Shown one piece after another: positions 24,995 to 37,329 of a DNA stretch of 64,000 nucleotides. Under the pieces are notes generated by a model. That model did not search any database and was not told where the DNA came from. It saw only the letters and a list, made by a program, of their open reading frames with translations. The DNA is taken from contig CDMY01000284.1 of the NCBI GenBank assembly GCA_001179505.1, positions 62,001 through 126,000 on the forward strand, given 5' to 3'. The DNA comes from Vitrella brassicaformis CCMP3155. Taxonomy: Eukaryota; Protista; Chromerida. Both the position numbers and the translations under genes were made by a program. Numbering within the stretch: position 1 is the first letter of the stretch; each line of letters opens with the position of its first letter.

Positions 24995-27900
24995 ATGTTG
25001 AACAAGGTGAGAATGTTTCTGAGGAGGTGGCCCTTTATCGTGCCCCTCTCGTGGCTGGCCGTGTGCGGCATCATCGCCCTCATCGGCATCGGACACGGCC
25101 ATCTCAAGGAAGGCAGATCCTACTTCGGTAGGCGAGGCGAGCGAAAGACCCAGATAGATGTGCATAGGTACGCCTCCACTGTGTGTCCCAGGTGCATTGG
25201 ATGCGGGATTCCAGGACCTCTTCACGCGCCCTGAGGAAGATCTGGATTGGCAGTTCGCTAGGAAGCACCACACCGCCCGCTTCAACCTCGCGGCGACTCT
25301 GCAGCAGGCCAACGACCCGGTGGCCGACCCGCCTTTGGCCCGCACAGAGGGTGATGTGGAGAGATCCCTCACCTTCATGTTCTCGGTCGACGGCCTCAAT
25401 GAGACTGCGAGTGGTGGTGATGGCGAGGAGACGTCGCGGCCGTCGGTGCTGACGCCGGAGCGGCTGCAGATCATGTGTGAGGTGGAGAAGGTGGTGGTCA
25501 AACACCCGCTCTACCGGGGGGTCTGCCAGAGGGACGCTGAGACCAATGAGTGCCTGCCGCAAGGTAAGACACACACCGGACCGGACAGGCACTCTCACAG
25601 GCGCGTCACTCACGAGATTGTCTTGTGCTTGTTGTGCGAGCAGAGGGCTCGGTGGTTAATCTTTTTTACGCTGATGCGGCGAAAATAATACAGGGGAATT
25701 TCAGTCACGACTGGAGCTGCCCGCTGCTGGAGGCCAAGAGCATCCAGAGCCGCCTCTTTCTGGGCCTGAGGCTCAGACCGAAAGATCTCGAGTTCTTCCT
25801 CGGAACGGACTTCAAGTGAGAGAGGACCAACCAGCCCACACACATCACATGGGCCATCCGTCCACCCCACCCATTGCACATCACATCTCTCTCTCCGTGT
25901 TGTGTGTGTCGTTGTGTCAATCAGCGAGTCGTCTTATTCCACCAATCGTACCCGTTCGTTCATCCAGTTGGGTATGCCGCAGGAAGATCACTCGAAGGAG
26001 GTGGCCTTCTGGTCGGCACTCGGGGACGATCTTCACAAGTATCTGTCCGTCCAGCGGGACAGGTCTAACCCCTTCTCGGGCGTGTCGCCATACGCAGTTA
26101 GCGGGGAGGACGGCTGGGAGGCCGGCGAGGGCATGAGAATCCACATTTGGAGCAAACCCATGTGGCAAATCGAAAGGTGAGCTGAGAAAAAAAGGTGTGT
26201 TGTCGTGAATGCGTGTGTCTGATGTGTGTATGTGAATGGCTGCATTGCAGGGATTTTCTTATGTCTAACGGTGGCCCGGCGCGTGCCACAATCCTCTCAG
26301 CGCTGGCTCTCATTCTCGCCGCTGCATATACACGATCGCTCATTATCGGCTTCACATGTAAGCACACGCGCCGGCACCTCACGAGCGGCCAAACATGTGT
26401 TTCTCTCCCCTCCCCCTGGCTGTATGTCTGTCGGATCCGATCAGGTGCGGTGATGGCTCTCTTGTCGTTTGGTGTGAGCCGTTTCCTGCTCATCCTGGTG
26501 TGCCAAGTTACCTACTTCGGCGCCCCCTGCCGCGCGTCGTTCCTCTTTTCCCTCACACTCGCCCTCGCGACTCTCCTGATCACCGCACGGCCCACACACC
26601 AAAAGCCGCCCTTCCGGCGCCTGCTGCCCTTGATCGGTATGTGCTTTTCGGGCTCGATCGGCATCGCGACGTCGCAGCAGTTCCCCTTCCAGGCCATCGG
26701 TGTGTTCGGCATGCTGGTGCTGGCCTTCACCATGGCCTCGTTCTGGCTTATCCTCCCGCACATCTTCCTGTGTGTGGAGCAGTATGAGCGGCCCGTCAGC
26801 AGTAAGGTTGCGGAGAGGTGCGCGAGGCTCTGGCGGCGGTCTTCTGTCGAGCAGGGGGATATGGACGGCACCAAGGCCGAGGAACCTCCTTCCTCATCTT
26901 CTGAAGAGCGGGAGCCGGTGGTGGGCTTTGGCCAAATACCCCCTATCGTCGAGGAGGCTCCCGGGGAGGAGGACGAGGCGGCTGCAGGAGCTGGTGGTAG
27001 TGGTGGTGGTGGTGACTCCAACCGCAACAGCAATGCCGAGCAGGCAGACAGCCCCAAGGAGCCCTCGGACCCCTCGACCGACTCGCCCCCCTCCAGCCCA
27101 TCCGACCTCCCCAGCAAGATACAAAAGATGCAGTCCGACCCCGGCAGCCGCTCGTCGAGCAGCGCGTCCACCGCCCTAACCTTCGGCCGCAAAGCCACCA
27201 TACGCGAGCAGGACAGCCGAACCATCGTCATGAGTACTGCGGGGGACAGCCCTTGTGCGGGCGAGAGGGGCCTGTGGGGGAGAGTGTCGAGATGGCTGAA
27301 GGGGAGAGGGGGCAAGGCTCTCAGCGGCGGAGCCATCGTCGCGGGCCTGGTGGTTGTGGGGCTGTCTCTGGGGCTGGTCAAATGGAGGGTCACTGACGGG
27401 AGTGTATCGGAACAGCTGTTCGCGGACAACCACATGTTCTCAGGTAGGCACCTGGGCGGACAGCACAGCACAGAGAGAGAGGCCTGCCTGGGTCCTCCAT
27501 GCACGCGTGCTTTCCTTCTCCTTGTCTGCGTTGCGTGCGTGACAATCAGAGTCGTTCGAGCACTTTGCGGGGTGGTTCAAGGGCAACGCGGGCCCGACGT
27601 ACCTGCCTGTGGAGCTGTACTGGAGGCTGCCCACACACACGGCGAGTGGGAGTGAGGACAAGGCCGTCAAGAGGGACTGGGAGGCCGTGTGTGCCGACTT
27701 CCCTCCCACCGACCTACCCACCACTCTGCGGCAGATGGAGGAAGTCTGCAAAACCATCGAGGAGCCCCTGAAGTGCCACGACGACCTCCTGCCCTCATGC
27801 ACGTAAGCCAAAGGCCGACAAGTCTAACTTTCGTGTTGATGAATGTGCGTGATATCGCCATTCTTGTTTTGTCTGCAGGCATCCGATTGTGGCTGAGAAT

Positions 27901-29141
27901 CAGTCGTTTGTGGTGCCCGACACCCTGATCTGCCCCCACCGGTCCCTCCCGGGATTCGACCCAGACGACGTCACCTGGGCCGACAACGTCACCACGGCCG
28001 AGCTCCTTGAGCTGAAGGAGACGATGCCCAACAGCGTCATCACCATCAACGGGGAGCCGACGTTCCTCGCCGTGCGGTTCTACACGACCGTGCTGCGCTT
28101 CGCCACCTACCCCGAGATGGTGCCTCTGGCCAAGTATCTCGAGAGATGGGAGGGAGAGCTGCGCGACCAGGGGCAGCAGGTGGCCGTCACTGGCGGCGAG
28201 GCGCTCGAGTACGTCAACTACGAGACGCTCAAGTACTTCCCGTGGGAGATCATCTTCATGTTCCTTATCGGCATGTGCATCCTGCTGGTCTTGCTCACCC
28301 TCACCCTGCAAAACTACATGCTCGGCCCCATGGCGGTGAGTTAGCACAACACGCACACCAACACAACACAGCTCATCCGTTGAACGAGTGAATGATTAAT
28401 GCATCCCCCCTGTCTGTCTGTCTGTCTGCCTGTGCAGCTGTTTTCGATGGCGTGTGCAATGGTGGTCATGCAGGGCATCGCGTCGATGGCGTGCTATGGG
28501 CGCATCGGGGCCTACGAGGGGGTCAACCTGGCGCTCTCCGTCACACACTTATGCGTACCAACGTAAGAAACCGAACCGCACACACAAGAGACACACCCAG
28601 CCAGGCGTCAATGTCCTCCCTCCTGTTGTTTGTGTCCTTGGCCTCAGGTTACTCCTGGCGATATTCTATGCTGTGGCGTCCTGGTGAGCACCGATGGGAT
28701 CACATGCACACACACACACACACACAGAGAGAGAGAGGGTGGGGTGCTTGCTTCTAGCTGACGTCAGTCACTGTGTGTGTTGCCACTTTGTGTGATGTGT
28801 TGTGTGTTAACTGCAGGGAGGGTATATCTGATCGTGTAGGTCGTGTGAAGGCTGCGCTGAGAGGGGGCGCACCGGCGGCGGCCGTGTACTCTGTCTATGT
28901 CGTGATGGCGGGGTCACTCTTCTCGGTCACCGAGTCTGTGCCGCTCATGAAGGTACACACACACACAGAGAGAGAGAGAGAGGGGCAGGGTGAATGTTGT
29001 GTGCTTGTTCGTGTGGTTTGTGTGGTTCAGTTTGGTTTGCTGGCACTGATTGCTGCCGCCACGGGCCTGGTGATGGCGTTCCTCATATTCTTGCCGGTAT
29101 GCAGACACACACACACACATCCACACACACACACATGATGG

Positions 29142-29175
<34 letters not shown>

Positions 29176-29290
29176 TGTGCAGCTGTGTGTGCTGGTTGGT
29201 CCGAGAGGTCAGGAGTACGATGTCCGGCCCTGCTGGCCGTCCAGCAACATCAAGCCGCTGACCACAGAATGCGAAAGCACCTTGCCGTGA
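24995..29290 (+). CDS. Dispatched/Patched-like RND/sterol-sensing-domain membrane protein, multi-exon
   Basis: TM1, luminal VLTPERLQIMCEVEKVVVKHPLYRGVC, TM2-6 including FQAIGVFGMLV, a second luminal loop and TM8-12 including RVGRVKAALRGG...AGSLF. Ends ESTLP*. Confidence 0.75.
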
Positions 29291-29631
29291 TGACATGACA
29301 TTACACTACACGTGGGAACACACCCCGGGTGTCTCTTGGTTGGCTGGTCGGCTGGGTGCCAGTGCGTGAGTGGTCTTTACTTCCTTATTAATTACTTTAT
29401 TACCTACCTTCCTTGAACGCCGTAGGCTGATAGGGTAGGCTTGTAGCTAGCTAGGCCCGCAGGTGCACGTTCAGTGGACCAATGCTGAGCGGAGAGGGAG
29501 GGGGGGAAGGGTGCGTTTCTCTGTCTTTCTGCTGTTTTCTGTATCATGGCTGGCATGACCGTTCCTTGTGTGTGTGTGTGTGTATACGTGTCGACACACA
29601 TTGCGTACGACGGGAGGGGGAGGGGGTGGGC

Positions 29632-29931
29632 NNNNNNNNNNNNNNNNNNNNNNNNNNNNNNNNNNNNNNNNNNNNNNNNNNNNNNNNNNNNNNNNNNNNN
29701 NNNNNNNNNNNNNNNNNNNNNNNNNNNNNNNNNNNNNNNNNNNNNNNNNNNNNNNNNNNNNNNNNNNNNNNNNNNNNNNNNNNNNNNNNNNNNNNNNNNN
29801 NNNNNNNNNNNNNNNNNNNNNNNNNNNNNNNNNNNNNNNNNNNNNNNNNNNNNNNNNNNNNNNNNNNNNNNNNNNNNNNNNNNNNNNNNNNNNNNNNNNN
29901 NNNNNNNNNNNNNNNNNNNNNNNNNNNNNNN
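29632..29931. other. Assembly gap (300 N)
   Basis: Run of N flanked by G-rich tracts. Confidence 1.
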
Positions 29932-29939
29932 GGAGGGCG

Positions 29940-32900
29940 GGGAGGAAGGATGTGTTGATTGATGTGTCTGCTATGTTGTGTCTTTTGTCGATCCATCCAT
30001 CCATCCATCGATTGATTGCATTGACCACTCTGCCTCAACGCATCCATCCAGCCATGTGGATCCTGTCCATGTGTGTGTGAGTGTGTCGTGCCCGCTGCTC
30101 CTTTATGTGTCTTGTCTTGTCTTGTCTTGTCGTCTTGTGTGTGCATGCTTGCAGCCGTCCATCCATCCATCCATCGGTGGCGTATAGGTAGAAAGACAGA
30201 CAGACGACGGCTGGTCGATTACATGGAGCAGGAGCGAGCGGGGCGTGCCGTGCCGTGCCGTGCCGAGATGGTGTGACGCGATGTGGTGGATGTCGGTGTG
30301 TATACCTGTGTCGACGCGTATCAGTCAGTCGCCCGCCCGCCCCCGCACTCAGCTCACTCCACTCACTTGCTCACTTCCCGGTAGGCAGGCAGGCAGGCAG
30401 GCAGGCAGAGGTGTATTGCACTGCGTGTGCGGCCCTCTGGGACGGTGCCTTGTCCCGTGCCGTCGGCAGCTGCTTGGCTGGTCATTGCAGTGGTCTGAGA
30501 GCGGCCACTGCCAGCCATGCAGCAGCTTGCAGTGCTCGAGAAGGCACCAACCAAAGGAGTTGCCCAGCACAACTAGCTCACACAGAGAGAGATCCGGTTC
30601 GGCTGGCCGACCCTCCACACAACCGACTGACTCACCGACCTGCCTATATATCGCCAAACTAACCAACTAACTATGCCGTCCGTGCTGGGTGCGATGTGCG
30701 TGTGTGGGTGCGTTGTGCGTATGTGTGTGTGTCCGTGTGTATGTCAGTCAGGTCTTTTATTCGAGTGATGGGTGTCTGTCTGTCCTTGGTTGGTGGAAAC
30801 ACCGAATACAAACAAGGAGAGAGAGCGTAAGGCTTGTACCGTACGAGTGCGTGTCTACTCGTGTTCGTGTATGGTATGTGTCTGTTCGTGGTGTGTGGGG
30901 TGGGTGGGTGGGTGGGGAGGGTGTCACTCGCCGTCTGTCTGCCCGTCTGTCTGTCTGTCTTGCTCAAAATCGCATTGCACACCACACTTGTTGGTTGCGC
31001 TTGCGCTGCGGGGCTGCGTTGGTCGGTTCGGTCCACCCACTGTGATGCCATGCCATGCGTGTGATGGATGCCTCGACTGTGTATGTGTCCAAATTTGCCG
31101 GCCCACCTGCATGTGGTTGGATGAATGGCTCTTTTCTGTGTGTCCTTTCCTGTCTGTCTACCTGTCTGTCTGTCTGTCTGTCTGTCATATTGCTGCCCAC
31201 TTTGCGGCGGTTTTTCTCCCCTCCCCTCCCCTCCCTCTGTCTACCTGTCTGCCTGTCTGTCTGTCTGGTGGTGTTGTTAACCAGTGGAAGGGCCTCTGAG
31301 CTGCGGTCCGGATGGTCTCTTCTTCCCTATTTGTATACCAACCACTTTCACCCACTCACCCACTCACTGACTCACTGCTGGCTGGCCGGATGTATGTATG
31401 GCTGGATGTATCATCCACAAACCACTGACTGACTGACTACACTTGTGACCTGTGTCAGTGGACAGCGACACAACGTGACGTGACCTGACGTGACCGCGAC
31501 GCCGATGCGATCGATGCCTGCCTGCCTGCCTGCCTGATCATTTGGGACCACAGACAGACAGACACACAGACAGACAGAGAAGGCACAGCGCACCGAACCG
31601 AACCGAAACGAACCGCAACCGATCTTTTTCTCTGACCAAACAATCGATCGCTCTTTTTCTCTGGCTGACTTTCGGGGGCCGTGGCCGGCTGGGGGAGTGG
31701 GTGCTGGCCCCACTCACCTCACCACCCCTCCCCTCCCCTCCTTTCTTCACCAAACGAACGGACCGCTGCGCGTGGTGTGTGTCCTTTTCTTTTATCTCTT
31801 TTGCCGCGTGAGTGACGGACGTGTGGCAGTGCACATCGACTTGTGTATGTGTGTCCATGTCAGTCATGTCATGTGTATGCTATGCCCCTGCAGGTGATGA
31901 TGTATGTCATTCGTGAATGATGGATGGGATGGGGGTCGTCTGGTGCGGTGCCTGCCTCTGTCCGCTATGCATTGTGACGTGACGTGATCTTTTCTGGTCG
32001 TGGTGGTGAGAGAAGGGAAGGAATGTACATGGCTTCGTGCGAGTGGAGGAGTGAGCGTGGCTTTGTTTGGTTTTGGTCTTGGTCTGGTATGGTCTGCCTT
32101 GCCTTGCCTTGCATTGCCTGCGTGTCACGTCACGCATCTGCCATGATGTATGTGGTCGGTTCGGTCGTGGGTCTGCCTGCCTGCCTGCCTGCCGTGTAAG
32201 TCTGGGTGGGCGGGCAGCTCGAAATGATAATATCCTGTTTTTACCGAGGGGAGGACAGAAAGGCTCGATAGGCTCGGTCGGTCGATGGATCGATAGCTGC
32301 AGCGGCAACAAACCAGCCAACGAACGAACGAAGGACAAGGAAAGGAATTGAAGGCATTTTGATTGATGTATCCCTGTGTGCCGGTTTGTGTGTCGTTGAT
32401 CCACCCTTGTGTGCGCGATGGATTTGTCAAGAAAGAGGGGCGGCGAGGAGCGGTCGCTGTTCGGATCTGATCGGTCGACCACATGACATGCATGGGGCTG
32501 GGTGGCTGGGTGGGTGGGTGGAAGGGGGTCCACTTGCGCGCACACGCAGTTTTACTGGTCTGGTCTTACCCCTACACCCTCACACCATGATATGTATCCC
32601 ACACTATGTCATGTCGGTCAGTGGTAGTCAGCACAGCACATGTGGCACACACACACGCCGCGTCCATTGCCAGCGTGGATACAAACAATGACGTACCTTG
32701 TTGATGTGATGGTATGGTCCGTGGTTCTTGGTCGTGCGCGAGTAGGGGCGTACGTCCGTGCGTCAGATAGATTATCAGGCTGGCTGGCATTTTATGCTAC
32801 CCAATCAATCGTTTTTCATGCAATTGAACACAGCACAGGTAGGGGAGACAGACACTGGGGTACTCACTCACTCAAGTCACCGTACCGTACGTGAGAGCTC

Positions 32901-33400
32901 CTGTCCGTCCGTCCGTCCGTCCGTCCGCTGCTGCATTCAGTGCACCCGCTGTTGCATGGCATGCACCTCAGTCGCTTCACGTGTGTATGTCTGTCTGTCC
33001 GTCATTCACACACTCATTCACTCACTCACCTCTGTCTGTCAGGTGTGCACCCACCCAATCATCCCACGTACGTACGTACGCGTCACCCACCTCTTCATGC
33101 CCTCATTGCCTTCTCGCTCGCCATGTCAGTCATGTCATGTCACCCATGTCATCGACCGACCGGCCGACCGATCGCACCATGCCTGGCCTGTTTTGCGGGC
33201 GTCATGATGCGCGTGTGCGTGGGAGTGTGTGTCTGGACGCTGGGTGTTTGTCCTGTCCGCCGTGTGCTGTGTGTGCATGTGACTCTTCTCGCTCGTTCGT
33301 TGTGTGATTCGTGTACGTATCTTTAGTAAGGTTATCTGGCAAAGGAAATGTCGACAATCTTGTCAGTCACAGCACCGAGCCAAACCCGCACAGTCACAGC
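29940..33400. repeat. Apparently non-coding tract of mixed simple repeats
   Basis: (CATC)n, (CTTGT)n, (CAGG)n, (CTGT)n, (GTGAC)n, (CCGAA)n and (CCGT)n arrays; no credible coding frame. Confidence 0.7.
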
Positions 33401-33454
33401 AAGGAACCAACCCCCAACCAACCAGCCAGCCCCCCCAACAGCTTCTGGAATCCA

Positions 33455-35310
33455 TCATTTGGTGCCGTCGTCATCTCTCCCCCGGTGAGCAAACCCCCGA
33501 GAGGCATACACATCACGACTGTGAGGGATCTCCAGCATGGCTGACGGGCCCGTCGACTGCCCTCCCCCTCCTACACCGACACTCTTGCAGTTGGTAACCT
33601 TGGTGTGCGGCTCGAAGACCAACGTGACTGACGGCACGATCAGCTTCTGCCGCGATGCGTCCCAGTATGGCTTGACCACCAACACCGGCGCCGGCTGCCC
33701 ATCCTTGACGCGGATCACGCGCGCCTCTGTCTCCAACTCCACGGGCAGGGGAGAGGCCCCTCTTGGTGCTGGCGGAATAATGGGTGGCTGCCGTGGCTGT
33801 TGTGGGAGTGGAGGAGGAGCAGCAGGCTGACTAATCGTCTCGGGCTGTGGGACAGGCCGACTAATCACGTTTCCCTCTGAAGGTTTCGGCAGTTGTGGAG
33901 CAGGCTGAGGCACAGTTAGCGGAGCCGCTGAAGCCGGAGACACCATGAGGGGCTGAGAGGCAGGCTGAGCTTCCCTGACAGCCATTTGGGGAACCGGTCG
34001 TGGCATGATGACCGGCGAGGCAACTGGTGCCTCCTGGGGCTGTGGGGCTGTGACGGGCTGAGCAGATGTCGGCCCGGTGGGGGACGCACTAGCTTCTGCC
34101 GTCTGCCAGACGGGCTGCTGCACAGGACCTTCCCTGATGATCGGCTGACTAATCGCTTGTTCCACAGCTTTGGGCGCTTGTGGCGGAGCCGCTGAAGCCG
34201 GTGACACCATGAGGGGCTGTGAGGCAGGTTGAGCTTTCATGACAGCCATTTGGGGGACCGGTCGGCGCATGATCTCAGGCGGAGCGGCTGTCGGCTCCTG
34301 GGGCTGTGGGGCTCTGACGGGCTGAGGGAAGGTCTCACGAGTGGGGGATGCAGTACTTTCTGCGGTCTGCCAGACGGGCTGCTTCACAGGAGTCTCTCTG
34401 ATGATCGGCCGAGAGGACGCTGCGAGAGGTGCTGGGGGTGGAAGGGGCCTGTATACCTCTGTAGCCGGCGCAGAGGGCCTGCTGGTCACACGTGGTGGGA
34501 CAACTGGTAGTACAGCCTCCCGTCTCGGCAATGGCACTTGAACTGGGGCCTGGACTTGTGGTGCAGGGGGCCTGTATTGCTCAGTTGGCAGCTCGAGGTA
34601 GTGCTGGTCTTCAGCCGTGATGAGCCCATACAGGTGAGCCGGTGCCTCCAGCTGCCGAGGGTCAGACCGCAGCGCCACCTGCAGTGCCTCCTCGTAAGCA
34701 CGGGTTCTCACTGACCCTCTCTCCGCCCGAGGCTCGCTCCTGCTTCTCACGTGTGCCTTTCGAGATGCCGTCGCGACGTCAATGTCTGTCTGCAGAGGGT
34801 CTCCACTGCCGAGAATGAGAGGCTCTGGCGGCCTCCTCGAGTGGTGCCTGTGCATTGTGTTGACTGGCTGGTCCGCTGGGTCAGGGGCAGGCTGTCTTTG
34901 TATGGCCCCCCGCATCAGCGGCTGTCCCGCCGACATGGGGAAGGTGACGTTGATAGCAGAGGGCGGCGGGGCACGCCAATAAGCGTGGGGCAATGCAGTG
35001 ACTGGGAAGGAGTCCTGAGACGATCCCGTACGAGTCCTGCGAGTGCGAGTGCCTCTGAGATTAAGAAACACCACTGCAGTCAACGAGGCTCAGATTGCAC
35101 ACGCTCCTTTCGCTCTCACCTGAGCAGCATTAGTCGTTCGGAGGAGTCCAGGGGCTCCACAAACAGTGCCAGCACGATGAAGAGTATCTCGAGTGGCAGA
35201 ATTGGACCTGCCGAGGAGGGGCAGAGCATCGCCAGGTAGGAGAGGACGATGAGTGCGTCGAGTCTGCGGCTAAGGCAGCGGATGGATAGGCCTCCCATGC
35301 ATGTTGGCAT
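33455..35310 (-). CDS. Pro/Gln-rich protein with hydrophobic N-terminal exon and internal 88-aa repeat
   Basis: Exon 1 (PILPLEILFIVLALFVEPLDSSERLMLLR) can splice in phase to RGTRTRRT of the 542-aa ORF. Start could be 35310, 35299 or 35229. Confidence 0.65.
33921..34411. repeat. Coding tandem duplication, 264-bp period
   Basis: ggagccgctgaagccgg starts at 33921 and 34185; peptide PIIRExPVxQPVWQTAE...QPASQPLMVSPASAAP occurs twice. Confidence 0.9.
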
Positions 35311-35418
35311 GGAGATCAGCTCACACACGCTTGTGTCCACAGAGACGAAGACATGCGCGTCTCAGCTGCCGTCTTCAGGCGACCCCCACCCGGCCCCCAC
35401 CCACAGTCTTTTGCGGCG

Positions 35419-37146
35419 ATGCTGCTGCTGCCATTTGCACTGACTGCTGCGGCGGTCATCCATAACTCACACCGTGGCAGAAGCTTCCATCACCACCACA
35501 TCGCCCCGGCCAGGAGAAGGACCATGGCACAGCTGCACGAAACAGAAACCAGCAGAAGGAAAGGAGGAACGCCATTGGCTGCAGCCGACAGTGCTGAGGA
35601 CAACGCCAGAAAGGGAGGCTCGGCGTCCTCCTCTTTTCGTGGCTTCCTCGATTGGGACTCCCGTCGGCTGGCTCCTTCGGGCAATAATACCTCAGCATTC
35701 TCTCCAGCTTCATTCCTCGGCGAGCTGAAGCGCCTCTTCATTCGAGATCCAAGCGCACCTCTGCCGCCAATTTCAATGCCACCGCACCTGGCTTTCGTCC
35801 AGATGTCGTCGAATGCAACACACTCTCCCGGTCAGCGTGTCCGCAGCACCGTCCGCAATGGGCCATCTATGAGTCTGCCTGACATGACTTTGGCCAGCGG
35901 TGGTCTCGATGCCCAGCAGGTCACCATGTTGGCCGACAAGGAAAGGCCCATCATGATGACCAATGCGAGCGTTCTTCCCGCGGGGCCGTTCGATACGGCC
36001 AAGAACGGCAGCAGGGACATGCAAGCAGCCTCACTTGGCGACCTGCTCGAGCGTGTCAGGGCGCCGTCTGCTCCAAAGAAGCCCTTTCATGTGTCTGTCG
36101 CACAGAACAGCACTGAAGGAGGTGAGATCATCCATCGCGGTGACATATCCCTCAATTTTCTTCTCTTCATATATGTGCAGATCTGGCGAGTGAAGCGGAC
36201 CATCTAATGGCAGTGTCGCAAACCGCCGCCAACAACAAAGCCAAAGCAAAGACTTTTCGTAAGCGCATCCCCGCATGCACATGTGCAAGCACACAGACAT
36301 GGAAACGACTCTTGCTCACAGGTTTGGCTCCCGAGGAGACACCGGAGGTCGACACGTTCACGGGGGATCTGGACGCAGGCCCAGTGTCGACAGGGCGTGG
36401 CAGCTTCATCCAAAGATTCCAAACTGACCGACAGGCCACTCGCAGAGGAACGAGAGACATTAACGGTACGCATCGGTCATGCATTGCTGGACGATATTGC
36501 CGGACTTGTTTGTCCGGTCATCAGGCGGTGATGACCCTTCATGGGGCGAGGAGGTGCCCACGGGCGACAGGGGGGACGGAGGAGACATGATTCAGGACGA
36601 CTCGCCTGCCACTCCGATGTCCGACCCCTCTCGCTCTCTCTATGACATACGGCCGCCCATGGCTCCTGTAGCCAGCCCGCCTATCGGCTTCACATCGATG
36701 AGCGCAGCAGCATACAGCGGCCGACCGGCTGCGCCGCTGGGCCCTGAAGACGCGGGGGACATGCGGATGCTGCTGAAGAACACAGCTGCACAATACCAGA
36801 TGAAGGCGTCTCTCTATAGGCCGCCTTCGCCGCTACAGACGGCGGTGGGGCCAATGTACTCAGACGAGCCAGAAGGGTATGCCAATAATGAGGCGGCATA
36901 CGGGCCAATAGCGCCCCTGCAGATGAGGCGGCCCGCGGCGCTGCCGATGTTTCGATACGGCGGCAGTAGTGGTCGGCAGCGCTGTGCTTTTCATATGTGT
37001 CGCTGTTTAACCCTCGTGCGTCTTTCTTGTCTTGGTCAGGTTACGGTGAAGGTGTGCCCGACATGCAGGGATTTGACGGTTTCATAGAGATGAGAGCCGA
37101 AAAGAGGAGACAGCGGAGAAGACGACGGACAAGGGCACACAGATAA
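35419..37146 (+). CDS. Secreted-type low-complexity hypothetical protein, multi-exon
   Basis: MLLLPFALTAAAV signal-like start; exons through GLAPEETPEVD and GGDDPSWGEE; ends RAEKRRQRRRRRTRAHR*. Confidence 0.6.
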
Positions 37147-37329
37147 GGCGGGCAGATGGATGGATGGACGGACGGATGACACTTTGTGAATGAGGGATGG
37201 ATGGAAGAGCGCTTAGCTTGCTGGACCGCTTGAGATGTAATGGCGTGTCTCTCAGAGTGTCTCTCGTCTGTCGGAGGCGGTCACTTCAAAAAGAGTCTGG
37301 CTTTCCCCCTTATTTCAGTCTGCCTCCCC

